The notes beneath the pieces are model-generated. The model worked only from the letters and a program-made list of their open reading frames with translations, did not search any database and was not told the DNA's origin. Shown one piece after another: positions 45,372 to 60,300 of a DNA stretch of 64,000 nucleotides. Source of the stretch: Tubiluchus corallicola (lineage: Eukaryota; Animalia; Priapulida); NCBI GenBank assembly GCA_030141605.1, contig JAQGDQ010000004.1:1860001-1924000 (forward strand). Direction: 5' to 3'. Position 1 is the stretch's first letter. Every line of letters starts with the position of its first letter. Both the position numbers and the translations under genes were made by a program.

Positions 45372-48300
45372 ATGGTAAAGCGATGGAGAATGAAAATCAA
45401 CTTTTTTTCACTACACAGCAAAAACAATGAATGTGCAGCCCTGTGAACTGCGAACCATTTTCTTTACACTGGCAATCGCACAACACACAAAGACTACACC
45501 AAATTGGCAGCATTTAGGCCTTCGTTTTTATGTAATATAGTTTTCAACATGATCATATAGAAATAATTGCTACTGGGAGGACTATCCTCCTCAATGGAAG
45601 CCAAAATAATGACTAGCTGACAAATTCAGCTGCCTTCTACTTAGAGGTACATAATTAATGATATGGTGCCCATTGTTTGAATATTTTAAATTTGTGACCA
45701 GAGTAAAAATTTTGCACCTTTTTGTTACATGTGCTTATATATGTGAATAGCCCATCACCTTCACCATCAGACCTAGGATAGCCGTTTCTAAAAACAACTC
45801 AAAAACAAATAATCTTTCTGACCCAGTTTAAGCGTTATCTGGTGTCTCCGTGATACTTTGCGTAATCTTTGGCTACTACGCTAATAGGCGAAATCTGTGA
45901 TGAGAAACTAACCCCATAAAGAGTTTCCGTATTGACACGTTTGCAGCCATGGTGGTAAGTTGAAATTTCAAAGAAGAAACTACAGGAACATTCTAGGAAT
46001 AAAATGGCCAAAGAAAATATCAAACCAGGATATGTACAATAAAGTCAAGGCAGAGGAATGGATAATTAAAATCAAAAGAAGATTAAGATGGATAGTATAC
46101 GTTATACGACTACCAGGACAGCTTATTAAAATTAGCTTTCAAAAAAGCACCGAAGAAAAAAGAAACCACAAAGAAGATAGTTGCTAACTTCACCCAAAAA
46201 GATCTTATCAACACACCATTTGATATCGATATTTTTTCAGAGACATGGTAGGCTGCAGGTGATAGGATGACATGCGCTAAACCAATTGCAAGAATCATGT
46301 TAGAAGACGTGTGATTCCAGAAATAAATGATGATAATTATAAGTGCCACGCTTAATCTATTTTTACAATGATGATGATATTGGGTAGATTAGTATATATT
46401 TTGCACACATGCCATTAAACGCCATAAATTAAAAGGGATTTTAGAATATATCCCGTAAAACTTTCGATACAATGTTATATTATGGTTTTCTGTTTAATAA
46501 ACTTACATAGTTGAAAAACCAAATTCTTAGTAATTTGAAAAAATGCTCAACACCATGTAAAATGGCACTATATCGCCATCCCAGTGTGCACCACTGATTC
46601 ACCAAAAAACATTATTGATCTTATTGACAATATAAAGTAATTTAAACCTTTGCTTAGTCATCAAAGAGTGTGCTACCAATACTCTCATTTTTTTATGTAA
46701 AAAAATATTTTATTTATTTTTTAGCCCTCTATGTAATAGGATAGCATGCAAGTGATGTAAAATTCCAAGATGAATTTTTAGACATTATTTATGAAGAATG
46801 TCTTTGTGCTTCAAAAAAAGAATGCCCTAAATGGCTAGGAAAAAGAAATATCAGATTCAGCAATATGAAAACCGAAGAATATAACATTTCAAGGGCTACA
46901 GACCAATCATGAAAATGTTGCAATGGGATCAGTATTTAACACAGAATATAGTGTGAAAAACAGGAAAAGCAGTCAGTGCATTATTTTATCTGAAATCTGT
47001 CAAAGCAAGGCTGTGACTGTTCAGTGCCTATGTAACTAGTGTCTTCATGTGCAGTAGTGAAATGTGGGCTTTGCTCACAATGCAGAATACAGAAATAGAT
47101 GTATTCCGCAAAATTACCCAGAAAAACCTTCTAAATAAAATGCTCGTATGTTATTTTCAATGAGCATGAGTTGAAAACTTTAGCTACACGTAGAAAACAG
47201 TGGTGTACCCTCCAGAAAAAGCAGGAGAAGAAATAAATTCCTCTGTGAATTATAGTTAATATTATTAAGAACAAAAGAATATTAATACTAGTGGACGTTT
47301 TTGACTGTGTCAAAACTGTGGTAAGATTCTGCTTCTGTGATTGGAGATGCTTTAAGTGACAGCGTTTCAAATGAAAAATTTTTGTAGCTAACACCATGTA
47401 TGTAAGTACTGTTGTATTTTGGTTTTTTGTTCCAACCGAAACATTTTCCCGTGCGCAAATATCTCATATTCAGCTGTGCACAACAGCTCGACACCACCCA
47501 GCCACATACCAAAAATTATGGCCCTAGCTTAAAAACTGTAGGAGGAGATCCAGCCTAACAAAAAAAAAATGATTTGCAAAAAAAACTTGTAATTCTTGTG
47601 CGTGTTTCAGCACCAAATGGAAACTTGTCAGTCATACATGGATAATTTGTTTACACAAAATCCAGTGGAGAATTATGATGCACTAGTGTAAGTAAACTTA
47701 GTATATAAACACTTACTAACTCATTACTATAATGTATTATATTAATCTACTAAGAGAAATTAATACTAGCTGACATTTGCCTCAATTTATACTGTTGAAG
47801 AATATTCTTTAAACATATTTTTGCATACTTTAAACATGAGACATTTGCATTAAATGAACTTTTAGAGAATTGAAGAACAATGTCATAGGCAGCAACAAAC
47901 AAAAGAACCATGCAATTTTGATGGGAATTGTTCCGAGGTAAGCAAATTTTCTATCAATAAAAACATAATTTTTGATATTATATTAAAATTTTATATTTAA
48001 CCAAAAAAAATGAAATGTTCATATTATAATTAAACAATACAGTGACACAAATGACACTTAGTTAAAGGGGGAATATCGCCAAAATTAAGTTGAGCTTGAA
48101 TAACTCTCAATTATATTGCGAATACAAATACGTACCTCATTCTTCATGAAAATTTCATGTTTAAGAATCCTTGGCAAAAGTTTGGATAAAATTGTACACA
48201 AAACGAACATTTGACTAGGCCGCCATTGAGCATGGACCTGTGCCTGTGCCTCTGGTAGCGGAAATTGTCGCATTACAGATGAAGTCACAAGGAGAGAATG

Positions 48301-51300
48301 CCTATGCTGTACACACTGTATACAACACTGTTTGAGTATTTTTTTACACCAGCCAGCAGCGCCAGCATACAGTACTTTTACGCAGTTTATACCTTGCGAC
48401 GGTATCACTAAAGATTAGCCTATTGTGGATTGAGTGCGTGATTTGCTCAGTTTCGGTTATCGTGATTGTTCTTATTGAAAAACAGCTGTGGAATGTGTTA
48501 CACTAGGATTCAGCAATTAGACGGGCCGTTCGATGCAGCAGTCAGACGGAAAGTTTTGGAATTCGAAGCCAGAATATAAAAACTTTTACTTTGTTTCCAA
48601 TGAGCAACAGAAAATTATCGAAGCAATGAAAGCACAATTTAAAAAGCTGGATTCATGCCTACAAACTGCCACTGCCTGATCTGTGTGTGATAATTTCTCG
48701 GCTGTTTGCTTTGAAATGTGAGTTACACTTTGGACAGATTTAGTCAGATGCAGTTTTTTGTAGTGTCTTTTTTAATTTGTTTCATTTTAAGCCCAAGTGC
48801 ATAGTTTGTCGATGCTGTTTAGTCATCTCGAGATTTGTATCCATTTCAATAAAAAAGATCACAATTACATTACGTAATGCAATTTTTTGTGGTAACATTT
48901 TATTTATGAGGTTTCTTGTTCCTGAATTTTGAATATTAACTAAAGAAAAAGACATTGTAAATTGACAGCTGTAAATTGTTAATCCTTATACCATAAACAA
49001 TGAGCTCAGTATATTTGGTAATTTGTGCAGCACAAAGAGCATTGTACTAGATTATTTTGTACTACATAATTATACTTTTATCAACTTTGTAATAGAACGA
49101 GTGTCAGAATAACCTTGCTTGAAATAACACAATAAATTATTATTTTGTCATTGAACCACATTATATCGTTACTTTTTTTATTTTGTAAAGGAGATAATAA
49201 TATGTTAATAATAAATGCATTATTATCATTATTTTTTATTTCAGTCCAACTGACCACAAGAATTTTATTTAATCCTAATATTTTAATAATACTGGTATGT
49301 AAAAATGAATGCAACATGTTGTTATCATGTAAAAACAAAAGCTAACGAACAACAGTTAAAGTTAAAAAAGTTAAAAATGTCCATATATGTTTAATCACTA
49401 ATTCTACTGCTAATATGTTATGGTCTCTGTGTCCATGGGGTTCAAATTTTTTGTCAAGGCTCATAAAATGAAGTTACTTTATCGGACTTGTTTTACAAGA
49501 AAAGAACTTTTGTTACCAAAGCCCACACTTTTGCAGCTTGTATTGCTGACGATGTTTTTAATTAATACCACAAGAATTTTCACAATAAGCTGTAGGTCTG
49601 CTTTTGTGCAGTGATTGTTTACACATTTATTAGTCTACTATAATGGACCTATAACTTTCTAAGTTAGTAAAATATATCGCTTTTGCAGAATTTGATGAAA
49701 ACATGTGAATGAGCGCAATGACAATCATTTCTATCAGCTGACTACCTATCCGACCCAAGGTCAAATACTGTAAAGTAGTAATAACAGCTTTATTTTTAGC
49801 CCAGTTGTGTATGACAGTATCACAACAAGCTGCGAATAAACTCTGCTACATCATCAGAGCTGCGCTAGTTCAATTTTTTCACCGGGAGAGGCATAAGTGC
49901 AGCTGCATGGTGTTTCCCTCGAGATACAAAAAAGTTAATTACTCATTAATTAGAAAACGTACTGCTAAAAATATTTCGCTTAGTTGTTCACGGGGAAAGC
50001 AACTATAAAATAAGTTTAACTTGATTTTCATGATATTCCCCCTTTAAATTATTTACATTTCTAGCATAGTTTCGCTGATATGTTTTAGAAAAATTTTAAC
50101 TATTTGTGGAAAGACAAGATAAAAGCTCTTTGTCCAATTGTAAAATCATACGAGATACCCGAGATCGTGGCACAGCATATGTCTCAGATGTAATGCTGGA
50201 TACTTAGCATATGTGTTAACATAAGTGAAATGACTTTCAAAATAAATTATATTTTTGTAATGTCAACCTTTTATTAAAATTAGATTTCAGTATTGTAACT
50301 ATTTTTGTGAAGATCACCTTACTAGATATTTTGAATCATTTTTTGTGTTACAGATTAATACAATATCTACTAGATGATGATACTGATGTGCACATGTTGA
50401 CTGAAGCTACCGTTGTTTTAGGTAGCCTTGCTAAAGGCACACTGGATCATGTAGCTGCACTCATTGATCATGGTATAGTCCAAATCACATTAAAAGGTCT
50501 GTTTCTTGTATTAATGAGAATTAACAATGTTGCTCCTAGCTTAGCTGGTCATTAATTGTACAACTTTTTGGCTTCATAATAGTGGTTTTTATTTGTTAAT
50601 ATTATAATTTTTTTAAATTGCCTGTTATATTTGTCACTTTTCTCTCAATTCAGGTGTAGACATTTCACATTTGCTTGCTTAGTTATTGAATACTTCACAA
50701 GAATTTTTAGATCACAATTAAAGTTCAGGTCTTTTTAAGTTAGGTTTCAGTTAATTTATTAGACATGTACCACACTATATCTTATTTTTTCAACACGTAA
50801 GATGCTGTTTTTCCAGCAAAAGGTTCGTTGTCAGCCAGCAGAGTCTTTGCATGTACCCTGAATGTAAATGCCCAATAAATGTAGAAAAAGCTGGTATTGT
50901 TTTTTGTTATATTATTTTATTTTATATTTTGCTGTTAAGTCAGATTCAACTACATGCACTCATACAATGATAAATGTGTATTTGACTATTTATGACCTGA
51001 ATGACGTATCATGTAAGATTTCCCTTTTGTTGTAGAGAATTTGCTATAAAAACTATTCAGTCTATGAACGAGTGATAATCATAACTTAGTACTATACAAG
51101 TTTTGAATAATTTCATCATAAGGTTTACGGATTTTCAGCAGAAGTTTTGAATAATTTCATCATAAGGTTTACGGATTTTCAGCAGGTGAAGCATTCGCTA
51201 CAATGTTTATTTTTTGCTATGCTACGGGATTTTAAGTTGAAAGATAACCAAACTGGAAAGGCAATATACTAAACATTTATTGCATTGAAACAAAATAGCA

Positions 51301-54300
51301 TCATTAGATTTGCACATTTAAATGTGGAAGCACTAATTTTGATTAACAGAAAGACAGTCGTTTAGTATCGGCTTTCATTTGCTTGTGATACATTGAAATT
51401 TAAGAGACAATGTACACTGCTACATTTAAATTACGATTAAATAATACATCAAATAATACGTTTATATACCAAATCTCCACAGGAAGCAAAGAATAATTAA
51501 AATTGTGCGATAATTAACATGGCCTATTACTGATAATTTACCACTTATGAAAAAATGGCATAGTTAAGCTGAGGTGTAAAATTTCTTTTTGCAAAATTGC
51601 TTTGCCTTATATGCCAGTGCATCTAAAATAACAAAACAAAATTGATAGCCCTTTATTTACCATAAGCAAGTGCTGCATTTCCAATTTTCTTAACATCAAT
51701 AAATTTTAGCTAAAGTTTCATACCAAGATGTGATATGATACAGTTTAAATTATTTGATATTATGTGGACTTTTTGCTTAACTGGGAACTAGGGCGCACAT
51801 GATGCAGGTAACAATTTTCAAAATGTCTGCTCAATTACTTGGTTTTTATTATTTAGTTTATTTCAGGTCTTGGACATACCAATCAACCATTTGTAGAAGC
51901 TTGCCTACGTTGTCTTCGCACCATTCTTATGACTCCAATTGCACCAGTGGATTTAATATATCAGGTGATAATTTCATTTTTACAATGCCAATTTTATATT
52001 TCTTGTAAACTTGAGAAACTGGTACGAGAAAAACTGTCTTGAAATTATTTGAGGCAAAAATTGCAATCATTTTAATTTAGACTGTTAAATAATACTTCTA
52101 CAGTGGAAAATTAGCTAGTGCTTTATCATTATCCTCCCAAGCAAGTACTTGTGACTAGTTTTTATATGTTTATCTTAATAATTGTAGGGAGATTATCGAA
52201 TAATTCTTAGTAATATTTGAGTTGCATATTGTCAGCTTGAAGATCGGCAAAGTCATTTCAGGAAATCATTGCAATTGAGTAAAATTATGGACAAATAGTT
52301 TAACAATAGTAAGTCCCAGAGCAGACATGACAGCAGCATCGGTGACAAGTCGGCTATAGCTGTCTTTCTGAGTAGCAGGTTATCGTTACATATCACGCAA
52401 CCCGGCTAAAGTGGAAAATAAGAAGTAATCTGATGCAAAAATCCATTCTTTAAGTGAAAACATTCTAGTCACATTATTATTCTCTGAGGTAGCATCATAA
52501 GACTAATCTGGTAACCGCTGATTTTCTATTAACAGAAGTCTAAGTGGCCTTCTTTGAGCTTGCATATGTAACGTGTATTTCACTAGGGAATTTGTTTTTA
52601 TTGTGTTTCATTAGCTATTTAAGAAGAGTTTATATTAATGATTCAAAAATGTAACTTAAGAAATGTTTATATTAATCATGGTTTTCTTTACTTAGGATCC
52701 TAACGTTGTTCCTCAGCTGATACATCTATTGCCATTGTCAGCCACCACGCAGGAATGTGTTGCTAATATTCTTGCTCATTGTTGTAAGGTAAAATGCATT
52801 TTTTGTTCTACATTTTTCTACTGCACTTAAAACCTTAACAATACGCTAATAATTAATAACAGTGTGTAACACCACACAGATGTGCCGCCATTCTGTCCTA
52901 TCTTTTTGAAGGGCAAAATATCACTAACATTGTTTTAATACATGTTGTTTATTGTAACAACTTTTTTACCGTTTTATTTTATTATTTTCTTTTTCTTGTC
53001 AGAAAATATACAAACTTCAATTATTATTTTTAACATGGACTGTCTGTTACATAAGAGAAGTAGTTTCTCACAACTTGACCATAAATGCCTTTCAAATTAT
53101 TATTTGGTTCAATATTTTAAATCAAATTACCGTTTATTTTTTTTTTCAGACAATGGAACATCAGACAATTCTTTGCAATAATGATGCAATTGCAGCTTTG
53201 TCACCATTAATACAGACAAATGTGTTTAAAGTACAAATGCCTGCACTTAAATGTTTTGCAGTGTTATGTTATCAAAATCCAAGTGTCTCTACTCTAGTAG
53301 CTAATGGTGAGTCATTATAGAGCTATTTTAATGGTAGTGTAGTGGAGGCTGCTTGTGTTGTAATATCTGATGATGTCAAATTGTAATATTACTTTTTATA
53401 TTGTAGCTAACTTATTCTTTCTTAATCTTTTAGTCAGCTTAGTTGGACCTATTTGATTTTGTAAATGAAATAAATGATCAGAGCAATCCTTGTTTGGAAT
53501 GCTGAGGTCCTAAGCATACTTGGAAATTTATGAATATTTCTGGATTACTTTCTTGCAATGTAATCTTTGAAACAGATTTGTCTTGCCATGAAGCCAGTCT
53601 CGTTCTTGTTGCTGATGTAATAAATTTTCAGCCAATTTTTATATTGTGACATTACAGTAGATTAACTGAGAATCTAAATTTTTGCAATAATGTGAATTTA
53701 TGACATCGTTAAATGACTGTCTAAATTATATTTTCCTGAAGTGATTCCATTACAACAATAAGTGGCATTCTAATTGACCAGGGCTAAGAAGTTGGATAGA
53801 AAAAAAACCAGCAAGCGAGTAACCCAATTCTTTACATTCTGGACTAGTTAGAATCAAGCATACCTTTTTAGTTACTTTTTAGTCCTTCTTAAATGCAACA
53901 CGTGCTTGCAAATTTACATTACTAGACATTTTCTGGTATATGTATTTCTTTTCACTTGTTTTTTCACAGACTTTTTATTTGGATAAAAATAAAAGTGGTG
54001 TTCTTTCTTATAGGTTCGTTTAATGGAAAAATGATAATCGACTCCATAGCCGAGCTGCTGTCTAGAGATAAACCTTTGGAAATGCAAATGGCTGCTGCTA
54101 AATGGTTTGTTTATGTTGGTGTTTCACAGCTTTTTAATTATCAAAACTTTACTTTTTTATTATTTACTGTCACCAAGTCACTGGTAGTTATAATCTTTTT
54201 TTCTGTTTGTAGTTTTACATTCATGTGCAGAGCTGATGCAATCAGTCCACAAGATGTGATTGTGTTTCGTGTGAGTATATGACTACTATATATTCGTGCG

Positions 54301-57300
54301 AATATAAATATAATGAAATGTTTGGCAAATCTTTGTAAATTTTTCTAGTGACGTTTCTATTTACTCTGAAGCTTGGAAACTAATGTTGTCCCTTTAAATC
54401 TAAAATGGAATGTTCTTAAAATATAAAGTGTCATTTGACTTGAGTATACCTTAATAGTAAAAAATAATTTTGCATAATTCAGAAGCTCCTTTGGCTGTTC
54501 AACGAATGAAAAACTTTGAATGAAATTGGTATGTAAATTAATAATTGTGTTATTAAAATCAGAAAAAATGCCAAGGCTTATTCTGTCATTTACTTGCAGC
54601 AAAATTACTTCTAGCAGTCATGTTAATGTGTGAATTTCTTTGTCTGTTTAAAATACAATGCAGTATCACTCAGTTGTTCATTTGTCTGAGTTTCAAATTT
54701 ATTTGACAAATGTAATTTGTTTCACAGACATTGCCTTGTCTTGTTCGAATGTGCAAGAAGGATAAGGACCCATCTGTTCGCATAGAGGGAGCTGAAGTTC
54801 TTGCATATCTAACTGAGATGGACTCAGATCTTCAGAGAACTGCCTCCATTTCAGATCACCTCATCAGTACTTTATCTCAGTACTTCAAATACATTAAATA
54901 CCCCGACACAACAGAACAGAGAAAAGTATGTGAAATCAAGCTGTGTAGACCATAATGTAGCTATGTGCTGTAGCTGTATGTTGTGAGTGCATGCGTTTGT
55001 ATGAGGGTGTGTGTGTATGTGTGTGTGCATGTGTGTGCACGCATGCGTGTGTGATTGTGAGTGTGCATGTGTGCACGTGACTTATACAAAGACTTATTTA
55101 TCTAACTCATTAGTCTGAAGATTATTGCAATTGTATTATATCAACAATATTTGTTGTTTCTATATTTCTGTAAAAAACTGCTGTGTTTTGGTCTACTGCT
55201 ATAATATATTAATGTAATTTATGTTGAGTATCATACTGCACACTGAATTTTTGCCAAATGGGACTTGCAGGAACTGGTAACTTGCACATAGAAAAAGAAG
55301 TATGGACTATTAGGTTCTGTCACTACTAATTTTGTGCATGGAATAACAACCATGCATAATAAATGAGCTCTTGTTACAGTAGTTTATAGACCTGTTTTCA
55401 TATTTCTTGAATTGTGAAGAATTTGTCATTTATAAGTTGTTTTTTAATTCAATTTGTATTTAGATGGAGGAGAATGAAAAAATACATAAGGAAATGGTTC
55501 AAGCTGCATTTCTAGCTTTTGCTTCTATTTCAGCCAATGACGAGGATGTTAGGAAAAAGGTATAGATTTCGCTTTAGATTGCTTTCTCTACATTGCTGAC
55601 ATCATTTTTTTAAAAAAATTGTAATCACCTATAATGATGAGGATGTTAGGAAAAAGATATAGATTTCACTTTAGATTGCTTTCTCTACATCGCTGACATC
55701 ATTTTTTTAAAAAAATTGTAATCACCTATAATGACGAGGATGTTAGGAAAAAGATATAGATTACACTTTAGATTGCTTGCTCTACATCGCTAACATCATT
55801 TTTTAAAAAAAATTGTAATCACCTATATGTAGAGGCCAGAGCCATGCCGTTTCAGCTGAGCTCCAGACGGTTTGTTTCTACAGTCGACCTGGCCGATAAT
55901 AACCGAGCTTTAGTCGAGCCAGCCGCTGGGCATCTGGAATGATGGAAGTCGAGCTAGCCAACATTTTTGCCAGCTGTGAAGATTTTCGCTCTTGCGAACA
56001 AGCCACTGGCATAGCAGTGTCTAGTTTTTTGCTCGATTACTGCTGTGTTTACCTGTCTTGAGGGCAGATTTGAGATTTCTTTTATTTTAGAATTCTCCCC
56101 GCCCAATGTATATAATTGACGTAACGGGCTTATGATGATGATGATGAAATCACTGGTTGAAATATGGTAAACACATTGCAGATCTCCAGTCAGATTGTTT
56201 GTGTGTGCTGGCAGAGATGCTAAACTTTAGAAATTTTTGAACGAGATAGCATTCAATTCAAAATTAAATACACAACTAGGCAACGTTAGTCACGCATGTG
56301 GGATCATTTTGGTGTTTTGGTATTGATTCGTCAGTAATCAAGATAAGCCTCGCCAAGAGTTGGATTTAAATTATATTTCCAATAAGTCATGGTTTTTTAT
56401 AATAAAAAAAATGATCTCTGATGCATTATCTGAATTTGTACGTCAGCTTTTTTCTGTGTATAAGCAACGCAAGTTATTTGAAAGATTTATCTCCATAATT
56501 TAACAGTTAACTAATAATTTATCATTTATTTAGCTAATTTTTATTTAACTAAAAATTTGTAGGTTTAGCTGACTTAGCTGATTCTTTCTTTAAGCCAATG
56601 CAGCTGAAAAGTCAGTCGACTTAGCTAATTGATTTATTGTGTGAGTCAGCTGATGTAGTAGCAACTGACTCAGCTTCAGCCTCTGCCTATACAAAATTAG
56701 ATAAATATAACCATAGCGCAGTTTTGAGAGCTTAAACAAGATTTGTTGAATTTAAGTCTGCACTTTGCCTCTTCAGCCTCAGTTTTTTTTTCTCAATACA
56801 GAAATCTCTGGTATATCAATGTTGATATTAATTTTGGGAATACAGAGATCTTTGATATATTGATATTGAATGTCATGCCCGTAGACCTTTCAACAGTGTG
56901 TAGTCTGTCCCGTCATCTAACTCTTTCTTTTCCATTCTCATCATTTCAATTTCTTCAAAACCTGCCCAGTTTTTCTAGGTTTAAGTTTGGTAAAACATTT
57001 TTTCCAGCAAAGCACTTGTAATGTATTGGGTGTGCCAGCATTTCACACTATTTGTGGCGTATTGTTAAAATTGTGCAGTTTATTTTAAAGTTACATTGTT
57101 TTTTTAGATAATAGAAACAGAAGGAGTGATGGAATTAGTGGTAAATGGATTAAGTGATGCTAATCCTAAAGTAGCTTTAGCATCTGTGCGGTGTCTACAT
57201 AGTTTATCACGCTCAGTACAACAATTACGTACTAGTTTTCAAGATCACGGAGTCTGGAAGCCACTAATGAAGGTAACCATAGCAGGAAAATGCTCATTCT

Positions 57301-60300
57301 TTCTGGAATACTCAAAACTTGCCAGTTCTTAGACTTTTAAATAATTTTATGATAAAATAAGACTGCTGTGTTTCTGTCTAATACCTGAAGTTATATCTAC
57401 ATACAGTTTTAATATAAGGTCTGTTTTGTGTGTAGAATACAGGAAACATTATTTAATGTTAAAGGTAGACGGGTAGTGCACGTTTTTCAAAAATTTTAGT
57501 GAGCAGCGTATGGGACTTTAGCATGGAAGTTTACAATGTGAGGGCAGCTTCATTAAACTTGTATGCTAAAAAAACTGAGCCAACTTACTTAAAATATTTC
57601 ACTCTAAACTATTTTTATCAAATTTTAAGTAAATTTTGTTAATGTGCTGCATACAAGGACAGTGTTTTTAGGAATTTCTAGTTATGCACTACCCCCACAC
57701 TTATTCCCTTACAACATAAGCTTATTTATTGTTTACTTGTAATCCAGCTGTGTGAAATGAACAAAGCTTATATCTTGTATATCTTATAAGTAAATAATGG
57801 GTTAATAAATAATATATCAAAATATTATAAGTTTAGTTTAAAATTTCAGGAAATAATTATTTTTGGAAGTAATTCTTTAAAAGTTATTAAGCTGTTAAAT
57901 TGTTCTTCTGTATACACATTTTACTGTTTTGTAACATTTTAGTCATCCTTACATAAACTTAATATTCTTTAATGCAGTTACTGTACAATGGTTCAGAAGA
58001 CATTATGATTGGCGCTTCATCGACTTTGTGCAACCTGCTGCTAGAATTTTCCCCTAGTAAAGAACCCATGTTAGAACACGGAGCTGTTGATCTTCTGTGT
58101 GGACTAACCAGGAATGATAATAGTGCTCTCAGACTAAACGGGATCTGGGCTTTAATGGTACATATGTCAGCATTAAAAATCTGCAGTGAATTTTTGGATT
58201 TTTCTTACATATGTTAAGTTGTTGTGCAGCATTAACTAAACTGGTGCTTCTCTTAAAAAACAAATTTATAGAGCATATACGACCTTGGAAATATAACTTA
58301 TTTACATACTTGAGGTTTTCTTGAAATAGTTTACAAAGAAGTATCTGCAAACTTCTAGAATCTAGAACAATAATTGCCGTGTTATCAATCAGGTGGAGCC
58401 ACACAATAACTTATAGTCCTATAATTTTAGTAAATTCCACTGCTTTTTGTTGCAATAAAACAGCTGCCGTATGGAACGTAATCATTAATTTTATTATATT
58501 TCACTTAATGTACAAGGATTATTTCAACTGTCATGGGTTGTTTTGCATTTAGTTAGGTAGTAAAATTTTATCCCTGAAGACATCTTTCGTAATTATACTG
58601 TTGGGGATAAATTATTATACTAATGATGATTATTATACAAATAGTGCAATAAGTGTCTATTTGCAGGCAGAAAAAAATAGAAAACTTATTATACTAGAAA
58701 TTAGGGAAACTTTACTATTTTAAGATAGTAAGTTACTAAAAATGCTAGGAATCATTTTTGTCGTGAAAATAAAAGTGTTTTAAATGTCATCATTACAAAG
58801 CATGTTTTCTTTGTATATATATAAAATATATATAAAAGATGTTTGAATCAATTTCAATATCAGAAGTAATTAGTTTACAATATTATTTTTACAATATGCT
58901 ATGTATTACAGAACATGGCATTCCAAGCTGAACAAAGTGTAAAGAGTAGCATCTTGAAGGGGCTTGGAACTGACCAACTCTTTCGTCTTCTCTCTGACAC
59001 GGATGTCAACATACTCATGAAAACACTAGGTCTTCTGCGTAATTTACTCACTACAAAGCCGGTAATTGTTAATAAATTAATTGGATAATTAGTGAAGAAA
59101 ATTGCGAACTGTATCTAATTAACTATGATTTTGATGTTATAGTCATGCTTGCACTGCACACTTTTTTAAATTTGTAGTTTTAACTAGTTTAATATAATGT
59201 TTTTGCAATATAGCATACTCTCATTTGCCTGCCTGCAGACCAACTGTATTGCGAATCATCTGTGCATTACTGTACTATGTTAATTTTCTGTTACAACATT
59301 TAATTGTACTGCCTAACACATATAAAACAGATGTTAAACAAAGCTTATTTATAGCAAATTTACAATAATACAAATTTAACCATCACTACCTTGAGTAAAT
59401 GTAACATTACAACTCGCTGTTTATGCTATGAAGTAAAAATATTAATTATGAGACAGAATTATGCATGTTGACAAAAAAACGGTAGGTGTGTATGCAGAGC
59501 TGAGATAAGAATGACAGCAATGAGATAAAATATTTTATGTAATTTGTTACAAACATTTGTTCCAGCTCACCAGTTAGAATAAATTAATCATATATCACTG
59601 AACGTCCATTCTCTATAGTCTTTATGTGCTAGGAGCAGAGAAAAGGGGTTTATGATACGCTGTATGCATATTTCGATTAACAATGCATTTTATTAATCCA
59701 TGCTGACTCGGTCGGAAATTAGTGTGGATGATGGAGCGTCCACTGCACTTCATGTCTATTTTGTTTAGCATTTAGATTATTTAGCCTTCTTCCACCGAAA
59801 TTGGTGTAAAAAGCCCCAAGCACATTATTTAGTTTTATTAGTTTGCCAGGAAGGTGCCAGTACCTGTCCTCTTCTGTGTCTGAAAGGTTATCTGTCTACT
59901 ATAAGCTGATGCCATTTGATCTCTTGTGTGTACTTTCATTATAATACTAATTATAACACACTGGGATGTGTTTTCACCCCCGTATTAGTATTGCCATAGT
60001 ATTGATTTTCTCCATTATTTTGTAGGCAAAAATCAGAAAGTAAAGAAATGCTGTATATTTTTATAGTGCATGTTAGCTGGCTTTGGAATTTATCATTGTT
60101 GTGTAAAATTGCCTATACATATTAGGCCTTGAAGAGTTCACTAAAGTGGTTCACTAAACAAAACCATGCCATCTGATGATTTTTTTTAATTTTTCATGTG
60201 TAAACTTAATATAGCATATGCCAGCAAGATACGTAAAGGTATGACATAAGTTTACTGATCAACAAAAGCACTACAGTAGCAGTTCTTCTGCATTTGTACA

